A stretch of DNA of 63,769 bases, counting the filler, from Octopus bimaculoides (lineage: Eukaryota): assembly GCF_001194135.2 (NCBI RefSeq). It is 4 parts of 4 records of this genome, joined end to end, with 100 filler letters (N's around TTAATTAATTAA, not from the genome) between each part and the next. Parts side by side here need not be neighbours in the genome. Positions count along the whole stretch, not along the records: positions 1 to 30,434 come from NC_068987.1; 3 more parts are not named here. One strand, given 5' to 3'. Under the pieces are notes generated by a model. It was not told the DNA's origin and did not search any database. It saw only the letters and a program-made list of their open reading frames with translations. The position numbers and the translations under genes were made by a program. Position 1 is the stretch's first letter. Each line of letters opens with the position of its first letter. Of this stretch, positions 11,945 to 22,599 are shown piece by piece.

Positions 11945-12388
11945 TTTTTTGTTTTGTTTCTGAGTTTTATTTAAACATAAACAATATGAGAGACCACTAT
12001 ATGGATCCCTTGTATGCTAAAAATAGATGTCAAACCGTCTTACCACTAAATCTGTGTTCACAACTTAGTAAGACGCTAGATTTCTATGAGCAAGACGAAT
12101 GAAAAGAAATAAACACAGCACTTAGCTGTGGTTGTTCTGTGCTGCTATGACGGGGCTCAAACATACAAAGCGTCATCACACAAGTTGCTGTGTGGAACTC
12201 TGAGTACGTTAGTTTGTTTTCCTCCGTCAAATTCGTATTATTTATTTAGCAATTTATTTTGCAAGCCAGTGGCCACAGTAAAAAGGGACTCAAAGACCAA
12301 CAGTTGACATTGATTAATATGCATGCCAAAGCAGTTTATTTTAAAACTGCTGCGTGTTTGTGTGTGTGTGTGTGTCTGTGTGTTTGTC

Positions 12389-12580
12389 TCCTCAACATCG
12401 TTTGATAACCGATGTTGGTGTGTTTATGTCCCCGTAACTTAATGGTTCGGCAAAAGAGACCGATAGAATAAGTACTAGGCTTACAAAGAATAAGTCCTGG
12501 GGGTCGATTTGTTCGACTAAAGGCGGTGCTCCAGCATGGTCGCAGTCAAAACAATTAAAAGAGTAAAGGAACTCAAATTT
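12389..12580 (+). mobile_element. SINE family C/B 3' half following a (TG)n tract
   Basis: catcgtttgataaccgatg...gatagaataagtactaggc...ggcggtgctccagcatgg ending in a (taaaaga)-like tail. Confidence 0.8.
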
Positions 12581-12817
12581 GATATGATACTTAATGTTTC
12601 TAATATTTTGGACAACATTTAATTCCGATGAGGTCAACTTTGCCTTTCATCCTTTCGGGGTCAATTAAATAAGTACCAGTTACGCACTGGGGTCAATGTA
12701 ATCGACTTAATCCCTTTGTCTATCCTTGTTTGTCCCCTCTATGTTTAGCCCCCTGCAGGCAATAAAGAAATAAATATTTTTGATAACATTGGAAAATATT
12801 TTTGTTTATTATTACAG

Positions 12818-12871
12818 AGGCACCGGCTTCTCCTACACCTGAAGTTACGCCAACAACTGAGAAGTCTCCAG
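12818..12871 (+). CDS. Gene 1 exon 6: Pro/Thr-rich stalk (EAPASPTPEVTPTTEKSP)
   Basis: Acceptor tttattattacag, donor CAG|gtgagt, phase 1 to 1. Confidence 0.85.
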
Positions 12872-12974
12872 GTGAGTATGGAATTGGTAGACAATGGTTT
12901 TGAATAATTATTTGCACTAATCTTTTCAGAGTCTTCAGTTTTCAGATTTGTCTTTCGATAAATGACGTCAGAAA

Positions 12975-13150
12975 GCGGAAAGCCGGCAGAGTTGTTGCTG
13001 CGCCGGGCAAAATGCTCAGTGGCATTCAACCATTCTTACCTTCTGAGTTCAGATGCTGCCGAGGTTGACTTTGCCTTTCATCCTTTCAGGATCGATAAAT
13101 TAAAATACCAGTTGAACATTGGGGTTGATGTAACTGATTTACTCCTTCCC
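12975..13150 (+). mobile_element. SINE family A copy
   Basis: ctgagttcagat..gccgaggttgactttgcctttcatcctttc. Confidence 0.7.
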
Positions 13151-13440
13151 TCAGGTTTGTTGGCCTTGTGAGATACATGCAGAGAGAGATATATGCATAT
13201 ACACGACAAGCTTCCTTCAGGTTCTGTTGAAATCCACTCACGAGGCTTATAGTAGAAGGCACTTGCCCAAGGTACCATGCAGTGGGACTGAACCCGGGAC
13301 CATATGGTTGAGAAGCAAACTTCTTACCACAGAGCCATGCTTGCGCCTACATTAAGTATGATACACAGATGTCTGTTTTGATTTAATACTGCCTCAGTTG
13401 TGTATACTGGATTTTTAAGATCAATTTTATTTTATTACAG

Positions 13441-13538
13441 AAAATGCTGCTTCACGGATGACACCAAACTTTTCCCAAGCTTCAAGTACAATTGCAATCA
13501 TAATAATATCTCAGCTATTGAACAACAAAATGTTTTGA
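13441..13538 (+). CDS. Gene 1 exon 7: GPI-signal-like C-terminus (ENAASRMTPNFSQASSTIAIIIISQLLNNKMF*)
   Basis: Acceptor ttttattacag. Small-residue NAA omega-like site, spacer, hydrophobic stretch, then TGA at 13536-13538. Confidence 0.85.
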
Positions 13539-14236
13539 TTTAGATTCCATGTTTCACCTACTTCGTTTTTTGTTGTATTACATAATGCTTCTGTGAAATA
13601 TGCTTTAGTTTTTAAATGAAATGGCTTGTAAATGATATTTCGATGTATTAAAATGAAATCATGGATATTTATTATATATGGATAATGCATTGTGTTTATG
13701 CAAAAAATGCCATAAACACTGACCTCAGAATAGTTCCTCCTTAAACTTTCTGTTATTTAGCTGGCAAAGCAAGAAATAAGAACTGGTTAGGAAAAGAAAA
13801 ACGGCCACGTTGTTGTGGGCAAACTGCAACCTGCAGGACTTTCTGAATGGTACACTAGCGAAATATTACCTTGAAATTTTTTGTACTACGAACCATGTCG
13901 CATGCGGCCCGCTTCTCGGAAAAGGTTACCCAATGCCCACGCTAAACACAGCTTGTTTTGTTTAATGGTTCGTTCAACTGTGGATACGCTTGGATACCGG
14001 GGAAATATGTTGGACGTGAACCAGAAAGGAAAGGAAGAGAAACAAGAAACAAGCATCAGGTCCCTTTTGTGTTATCCATTTATTTTATTGATTTATATTT
14101 TATCTAACTCATGTATATGTTTATAATTTAATAAGCGTATTGTTTGAAGAATTACAGCTTGATAATATAATTATTGTGCACGCATACCTCCCCCCCACAT
14201 ATATATGTATATATTATCCAAAATGTATAGTATTAA

Positions 14237-14485
14237 ATATCCACCACGGCTGATCCTTTCGCGTAAAGAATGCAATGGAGTGTTAGGTAACAAACCGGTT
14301 ATATAACTTTACGCTCATCAGAGTTAGCCGATATGGAAAGGAATATGGCCACTAGGACAGTTGCCATATTCCCTTCCATATCGTCTAACTCTGATGAGCA
14401 TAAAGTTATATAATCGGATTGTTACCTAACACTCCATTGTATTCATTACGCGAAACCGTTTGATAAGATCAGCCATGGTGGATAT
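14237..14485. repeat. Long imperfect foldback with hammerhead core motifs in the arms
   Basis: Arms at about 14257-14349 and 14363-14455 are reverse complements. Each contains CTGATGA-GCRTAAAG...TTACGC-GAAA. Confidence 0.8.
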
Positions 14486-14582
14486 CTAATGCGATATGTT
14501 TCAAATAATGCACCCACTCTACTGACAGATATACGAGTTCATCTTTTCCCTGGCTCACGCACGTATATATGTATATACATAC

Positions 14583-14665
<83 letters not shown>

Positions 14666-15610
14666 TGCATATTTATGTATGTAGACATATATGCATACAC
14701 ACATACACACACACACACGCACAGAGACACAAATAGACACACGACCACACACACACATATAAACACACAAAAAATGTGTGTGTGTGTGTGTGTGTTCAAA
14801 AGGAAGTTGAAAATGCACTTGAAGTCATTAAGAAAATATAATTACATTCACTTAACCAGTTTCACAACTTAACGATTTTGAAAAATATTAGGGTAAGATA
14901 GAAAATTCAGATTCCAAGTTTTTAGTGGCTGTTTAACAGAAATTTCATGTCCCAGTTCTTCATATTTGGCAATGGCAGCTATTGATAAACAGCTAAATAT
15001 CAAAATATGCTTGATGTTACACTTTGTTGCTTTCATTTCTTTTTCTGTCCATGCAGTTCATATCCATATTTTATTCGTTATTTTATCAGAATAATAAAAT
15101 GAGAAGACTAACAGTCTCGGTGATTTTCTTGTACACACACCAAAATGTTCACCAACTTCCAATCTTGTCACATTGTCTCTGTTCTGACAATATATATATA
15201 TATATTAATAGTATTAATTATTGTAAGATATATTATTAATTAGTGTAATGTATATGTGTGCAAATATATATATATGTGTGTAGATATATGTGTAGGATGT
15301 TCACAAAATATTGCAATTAAAGTGATTTTAAACTATTACTGCTTTTGTTGTTGTTAACTAATTCATTGATTAAATCATCTTAAACTGTACACAGTTCATT
15401 TGTGATCTCTTTTCAACGTGAGGTATGGCACTCACGTATGACATCATTATTAATTCTCATTTTAAGGTGGTGAGCTGGCAGAATCGTTAGCACGCCGGGC
15501 GAAATGCTTAGCGGTATTTTGCCTGTGTGAGTTTACTGGTCGGACGTGTTATTACTCGCTGCGATTATTATTATTATTATTATTATTATTTTGTATAACG
15601 CCACTATTGT

Positions 15611-16560
15611 TTGGTGGGCGTTGCTGAGATGGAGAAAATGAAGACGTATGCAGCCGCAACGGGGAGTCGAGCTTCCGTCGTCCCAGGCCTGCTGAAGCAA
15701 TATGAAATACATTGGAATGAAGACATGGCTGAGAAGGTTGGAAAATATAAAGAAATGATAAAGAAGGAGGGACCAAACGTAAAGTTGACCCCATCAGAGG
15801 AGGAAAGGGCGAAGATGGAAATTGGAGTCGTGGAGTATAAATCATTTTCAAGGAAAAATAGAAGAATAGAAAGTGCAACGAAGGAGGAGGTGGAGGAGTG
15901 TTTGAAGGAATTGCAAGATGTGTCGTTTTTTACAAGAGACAAGACATACGCGTCTGTAGAGATCACATTTGTATCGGAGGAGGCAGCAAAGAAATACGCC
16001 AATAAGACGTTAACTGAATGAAATTGGATGCTCTTTCTCAATATGTTGGGTAGACGTCCAACGTGGATTAGAGTGGGTAGGATCCCACCGAAAATAGAGT
16101 TGGAATGGGTAATGGCAGCAGTTATTCCTGAAAGAGAAGGAGAAGATGTAAGGATAATTATGATAAGCAGAACCCAACAAATAAATTGCTGGGGGTATGG
16201 AGTGGAGGTGCTTTTTATGGGAAGTCAGAAAGTTTACAGTGACATACCGGAGACACTGGAACTGCTTAACGAGGACAAACTGGACATAATGTTGGAGGGG
16301 AGACCTCCAAAGTGCTACGAATGTGGCAAAAGAGGTCACATTAGAAGAAGGTGCCCAGAAATAATGGAAAACAAAGAAATGGAAACGCAAGAAGGCGTGA
16401 TAGAGGAGAGGAAACAGTCACAGGAAGAGGAGCAGAGAGCTGATTTTGAGGAAGCTAAATCAAGGAAGAGAGAAAGGAGGAGCTCATCGCCGAAAGTCGA
16501 ACAGGGGAAAAAAATACAAATAAAGATTCATCATATTCATAAAAAAAAACAAACAGCCAG
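15611..16560 (+). pseudogene. Tx1/L1-like non-LTR retrotransposon ORF1 (gag-like) relic
   Basis: The ORFs at 15611-16021 and 16028-16639 share a frame, separated by TGA 16019-16021. CCHC knuckle CYECGKRGHIRRRC at 16313-16354. Homologous to the ORF1 relic at 48880-49600, which precedes an APE endonuclease. Confidence 0.8.
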
Positions 16561-16685
16561 AGCAAGTAATAAGAATATAAAAATAATATTTGAAAGATAT
16601 CATTATAGGTATAAATATACCATGAACAGGTATAAATAAAAAATGGAGGAGAAAAAGATGTTGAATCAGAATTAGATTTAATACA

Positions 16686-16719
16686 AAATTGGATTCAATA
16701 CATGTATTGAATCCAATTT
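16686..16719. repeat. Perfect 34-bp palindrome
   Basis: aaattggattcaataca|tgtattgaatccaattt. Confidence 0.9.
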
Positions 16720-16849
16720 ATAACGATATCTTTCAAATATATATATATATATATATACTGGACATCAGTCTCATAAACTACAAAATATAAATATCCACAC
16801 TACCACACTTGAAACGTACCTTTTATAGCGCTTTGTCTTGATTTGAATG

Positions 16850-17300
16850 TACGTGAAGGTATTTAGAACGGCCAAACTTATTTCTGCAAATGTGCTAAGC
16901 ACTGATGCTGATCATAGTTTAATCAATAAGCGTAGGGGCAAAGTAAATACAATAAAAATAGGCGGGGTCAGTGGGGCCCCATTCAAGCGGGCCTTCGGAA
17001 ATTGAACCTCCTTACAATACTCCCTGGGAGTTCATGGTATGAAATTTATTGACATTGCTCTGATTTGGTCGCCAATGCCATGTATTTAGTTTAAAATGCA
17101 ATAAAAATAGGGGTTCAGTGGAGCCCCAATTAGGCAGCCTTTAAAAAAAAATAGACCCCCCCCCTCTTAAGACATTTCCTGGGATTAGGGAAATTAGTGG
17201 TTTGAGTTTCGTTGTCCTTGCACCAACGGTCTAGAAGGAGTTAACGAACATAAAAACGTAACGGACAGAGAAACATCACTCAGATTTATAATAGGATTTA
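16850..17300. mobile_element. Possible non-autonomous Helitron/Helentron (DINE-like) element
   Basis: Internal direct repeat aataaaaatagg..cagtggrgcccc and an end resembling acggacagagaaac..ttataataggat. The class assignment is weak. Confidence 0.3.
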
Positions 17301-20300
17301 ATCTCCCTCTCTCTACAAATCAATGTTGATGCAAACAAATAAACGTCATTACTTGCATATCTCCATCCCCCACCTCACCTGCTTATTAACGAAACTCTTG
17401 GCATTGACGTTTTACAAGGAAGAATTTATATACCAGCAACTTATATGTGTCTTCAAAGCGTTAGAAAAAAAAGAAAAAGATAGATGCGACTTGGAAATAT
17501 GTCCATGGTACAAGTGATTATATCCTACTCATATTATATCGATTTCTAATATTGATGTAAACCCACTTATTCGTAAAGGATATTCGATGATTAACACAAC
17601 TCCTCTGTTTGTTTGGGATTTTCCTTTATCGACTCCAAAAGAAAGGTCAAGCTGACTTCTCTGAGATTTAAATTCAGAATGTCAAGACTAATAACTGAAC
17701 CCTGTAAAACATTTTAACTAATAAATGAATTCTTCTTTAAAATATTCGTTAGAATAGAGGAAAATAATCCACTGTATCTGTTACAGATGTTTATGTTTTG
17801 GTTTAAAATTCCGCTGAAGTCGACTGTGCTTTTCATGCGATCGAAATTAATGAAATAAGTACCCGGGAAGTACTGAAATCAATGCTATCGACCAGCCCTT
17901 CCCATCGTAATTGCTAGCCTCGTATCTGGATCAGAAGCTATTTTGAAATATCTATTGTTAGAAACCAATAAGAGAAACTATTGAAGTAAGGAGATGGAAA
18001 TGGCTGGGTCGAGTTTGACGCTATAAACCAAACTCACTTGTCAGGATCGCTTTGCAATGGGTTCCAAAAAGTAAAAGAAGACGTGGCCGACCAAAGGAAG
18101 CAAAAAATCTTAAAAGCAGAGGGTTAACAATGGAACAAGCTGTCAAAGATGCTTTCAGTGTTCGAAGGTGGAATGATCTTGTTTTCACCTCATGTGCTAC
18201 AAGGCACAATGAGAACCAAATGAATGAATGAATGAATGAATCTTGTAAGAAACAATTATATATGAATATTGATAGTGTTTTGGAATAGCTGACCCTTAAA
18301 ATTCCATTCCTCGCGAGAAAGGAAAACAATTACATTAGCCTGTTAATCTATCAATATATATGACAGACACCTAGATATTTCAAACACTGAAATTCTTTCC
18401 TATGTCTAACACCAGTCTTTACACTCAGCCATCACTGTGTCTTACTTGTCACCGTATTGACTAACTACTGTCTAACCAAGCGAGTACACCTTATATTTTA
18501 CTAATTAGTACTGATCTGACCAAAATTCTGGCAAATTACCAAGACTATCTTCCTTGGCCTGTCTCTTTACAGCCATGACACAAGCAAAATCCGTAACCTA
18601 AAACCTCACAGATGTTTTAACCTAGTTACTCTTCAGCGGTACCGACTAAAACTATTGCTTACGTCTTCTGGATGAACTCATCAACCACCATTAACAAAAA
18701 AAAAAAATGCTTCAAACATCGCACAGTCCTCAAGCTTTCCCTGGCAATAGCATTACATTAGAAGAGATTCTCTGCCAACTTTCTACCACGTCACCTTTCA
18801 TCAAAGTGTCTCTTTAAATAAAGCTCCCACTGAAATGAGCTTCTATATTTACTGCCTGGTTGGCTTCTAACTTTATACAGCTTCTAATTCTACATTCCTT
18901 TCAAGCTACCCTTTTCCTCAATAATTGTCTTAAAAAAAAGGTTCACACAGTCACCCTTATCACTCCATGAAGCAAAGACTTCGACCTACTGGACGCCCTT
19001 CAACTATTCTAGAAGAAGCACTTCAGAGCTATCGAATGTCTCTGCCAAGCTCTACAAATTCTCTCTCTCTCTCTTTAAGTATCTACTGGATCTCTATCCA
19101 CTGAAAACACGCACAACCAAGACTCATTGCTAAACATGGAAACTTTTCTTTGTCAGCTATCGACCACCCGTTCTCATTTCTCACATCTCTCAATCGATAA
19201 TAATCATCTTGTGTCTCATCCTTTTCACTGTTGATTTGTACGTTTAACAAATTTACTCTTTTCCCCCCACAAACAGACTTCATGCATGTTGAACTTGAGA
19301 ACCACAGCGACAGTAACGTTCTTACAACTGACACCAGCAAAGTTACCGACCACGTCTAGCTGAAGACTTTCCTAGCTAAGGTGCCTTTCCCTTGGTCCTC
19401 ACCCTCATCTAATCATTTACGGTAGATCAGGAATTTCATATCAGATACATGAATCGGGAATATTTTCCATACTTTTTTTGCCAATCTGTACACACTCCTC
19501 AGCCAATTATTCTAATCATGTTTGAAAATGGTTAAAGAGGGGAAAAAAGATATTTCGTCAATGAAAATGTTAGAGACGGTTTAAAAAAGCAAAAGATATT
19601 CAAGCTCGGACAAGTAGCCAATAGATCGATAGATCAAAAGCTCAATAGATCAATAGGACCTACTTCATCGTGTTTTATCCATTTCAGTAAACAGAGATGA
19701 ACGGCTTTACGAGACATAGCTACTAGAAATTTTCTTCTTTTCTTAGTAAAATCAATATTATCTTTTTGATATTAAAATATTTTACTTTTCGTAGGTTCTT
19801 TTTTATATTGGTTTTGTGTGACGTAAGAGGCTGTGATCGATGACGGAGACTCGAAAGACAATGTGGCTAATCTCCCTCTTGAACACGTTCAAGTCGACCA
19901 CTGCTGTAGAGTGAAAAAAACATGGGCAGTGGAGGAATTCAGAATGGGGTGGAAATAACAACTGAATAAAACTTACAATAAAGTTTTAATTGAAACTTAC
20001 TCTGAACACACACACTGACGCATATATATATATATACATATATATGAAACACGTGCAGTTATTTTATTATCTTGATCTTATGATATTTACTTTGTATTAT
20101 ATTATAATTATTTATTGTACTTTTAATTATAAATTTTTTCTATATGTAGCAGTGAATTTTCATCGATGAGTTATAAACTTNNNNNNNNNNNNNNNNNNNN
20201 NNNNNNNNNNNNNNNNNNNNNNNNNNNNNNNNNNNNNNNNNNNNNNNNNNNNNNNNNNNNNNNNNNNNNNNNNNNTATATATACACACACATACATACAT

Positions 20301-20361
20301 ACATACATACATACATACATACATACATACATACATACATACACATACATACATACATACA

Positions 20362-20392
<31 letters not shown>

Positions 20393-20579
20393 TATATCCA
20401 GTTAAAAGAAGAAAAGAAAATGGAGATTAGAAAGTTAACATTTATTATGACCAAATTGGTCATCTTCGCTTCTTACTACCGTGTCACAGCTTTGCGATGT
20501 TCTTCTACCCTTATTTTGAGGGGGCGACATGTTTTTCTTTTCTACTCCAATTATGAAGAAAAGAGAGGATGAAACCAAT

Positions 20580-20655
20580 AAACTGTCCACAGTTTGTCTA
20601 CCCCATGTGAAAGGCCTGTCCGAAAAGATACAAAAGATATGCGGCCCATATGAAT
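20580..20655 (+). mobile_element. Penelope-like RT/GIY-YIG linker fragment
   Basis: Translates to KLSTVCLPHVKGLSEKIQKICGPY, resembling the LPY..GLSE.I motif of Penelope-like elements (from memory). Confidence 0.5.
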
Positions 20656-20796
20656 GTCAGATATGAATAGCATTTTTTCCCCTGTAGTTTCAGCTCAGAG
20701 ATGCGGCCATGCTGATGCACTGCCATTAATATGGGAACCGGTATTAGGAAAGGATAGGAAAATATTAGATTTATAAGCCCTAAAATTCACTTCACG

Positions 20797-20979
20797 GGCA
20801 TATGGCGTAGCGATTAAGAACGCGGGCTATAAACCCCAAGATTACGAGTTCGATTTCAGGCAATGACCTGAATAATGATAATAATAATAACATCGAAAAA
20901 TATCTTAGAAATTTCCCCCAAGACACCTGATGAAGACTGGAGGGTATATCAGCCGAAACGCTGTGTTAACAACAAACAA
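20797..20979 (+). mobile_element. tRNA-headed hammerhead SINE-like element, copy 2
   Basis: A box tggcgtagcga, B box gagttcgatttc, hammerhead module at 20922-20967 with GCU in place of the GUU triplet. Confidence 0.7.
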
Positions 20980-21469
20980 ATAATTTATTCCACTTGAAAA
21001 TATTTCGCTGTTACCTTAATTTGGCATGCAACATGTTGCCACTTGTTAAATTGTAATTACGGACATAAAAAACAAAATTTAACGCTTGCTCAACGTGTCT
21101 GCGCGCACGCGTGTCTCTGTTTGTTTGTGGCCCTGAACTCCAGACCAAACACTTAGTGAACTTCTGAAATACGCAGCCATAAAGCCTACAATCTGTGATC
21201 TTTTTAACTGTCGCCGATGTATGGTCAATGGAAATTTAAATGCTTGAACGTGAATATTTGAAAATGTTGTTAAGGAACTCCTGCTCTTTCCAGTGTTTTG
21301 TTGTTGTTGCTCCTGTGTTTAATTTGTTAGAGAAGATCTGCGCTCAACAAACAGTGTCGCTATCGTTACCAGCCACATAACATCGATACAACATGAATCA
21401 ATCAAGTTATTAGTACGTGGGTTGGAAATAACAACCGAATATCTCTCATACCATGCTTACTGTTTTAAA

Positions 21470-21510
<41 letters not shown>

Positions 21511-22433
21511 NNNNNNNNNNNNNNNNNNNNNNNNNNNNNNNNNNNNNNNNNNNNNNNNNNNNNNNNNNNNNNNNNNNNNNNNNNNNNNNNNNNNNNNNNN
21601 NNNNNNNNNNNNNNNNNNNNNNNNNNNNNNNNNNNNNNNNNNNNNNNNNNNNNNNNNNNNNNNNNNNNNNNNNNNNNNNNNNNNNNNNNNNNNNNNNNNN
21701 NNNNNNNNNNNNNNNNNNNNNNNNNNNNNNNNNNNNNNNNNNNNNNNNNNNNNNNNNNNNNNNNNNNNNNNNNNNNNNNNNNNNNNNNNNNNNNNNNNNN
21801 NNNNNNNNNNNNNNNNNNNNNNNNNNNNNNNNNNNNNNNNNNNNNNNNNNNNNNNNNNNNNNNNNNNNNNNNNNNNNNNNNNNNNNNNNNNNNNNNNNNN
21901 NNNNNNNNNNNNNNNNNNNNNNNNNNNNNNNNNNNNNNNNNNNNNNNNNNNNNNNNNNNNNNNNNNNNNNNNNNNNNNNNNNNNNNNNNNNNNNNNNNNN
22001 NNNNNNNNNNNNNNNNNNNNNNNNNNNNNNNNNNNNNNNNNNNNNNNNNNNNNNNNNNNNNNNNNNNNNNNNNNNNNNAACCTCTACTAAACGATCTTCT
22101 TATTTAACAGGAATTCTGGTTGGACATTTTACTATTTTTAACAGAAGACGGAAGAGTAAGGCTTTCGTCATCTAAAATTTGAAATTGTGAGCAACAACGA
22201 ATAAAACTAGTCATCGCAGACCAGGTGAGATCTGTACAGGTAAAATTCAATCAGGGGAGTGGGGGGGGGGAATGTATAATTTCTGATTTTTCGTTTTCTT
22301 CCTATTACATTGCAAGTATTGCATCATCATCCTTTTCTAATGTTACATCATCTTTGGACGTTCGAGCATTGGTACGGATTTTCTAAGATCCATGTTAAAA
22401 TTATATATCTTTTTTAACCCGTGGCCTACCTCA

Positions 22434-22599
22434 CACTAGCGTAGCTAGCGGAGGGCTTTAGGGGCAGCACTTTTAAAGGGATGGCACTTTTCTTCATGTT
22501 GTAGGCTATTGTTGTAGACAATATATGTTTTTTGTGGGATCCGGGGTGCGGCAAACGGAAGGGCCGCCCCGGGCGGCTTATACTCTAGCTACGCTAGTG
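22434..22599. mobile_element. hAT-type MITE, same family as 5317-5459
   Basis: TIRs cactagcgtagctag/ctagctacgctagtg. Degenerate 8-bp TSD ctacctca/tcgcctca. Confidence 0.75.
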
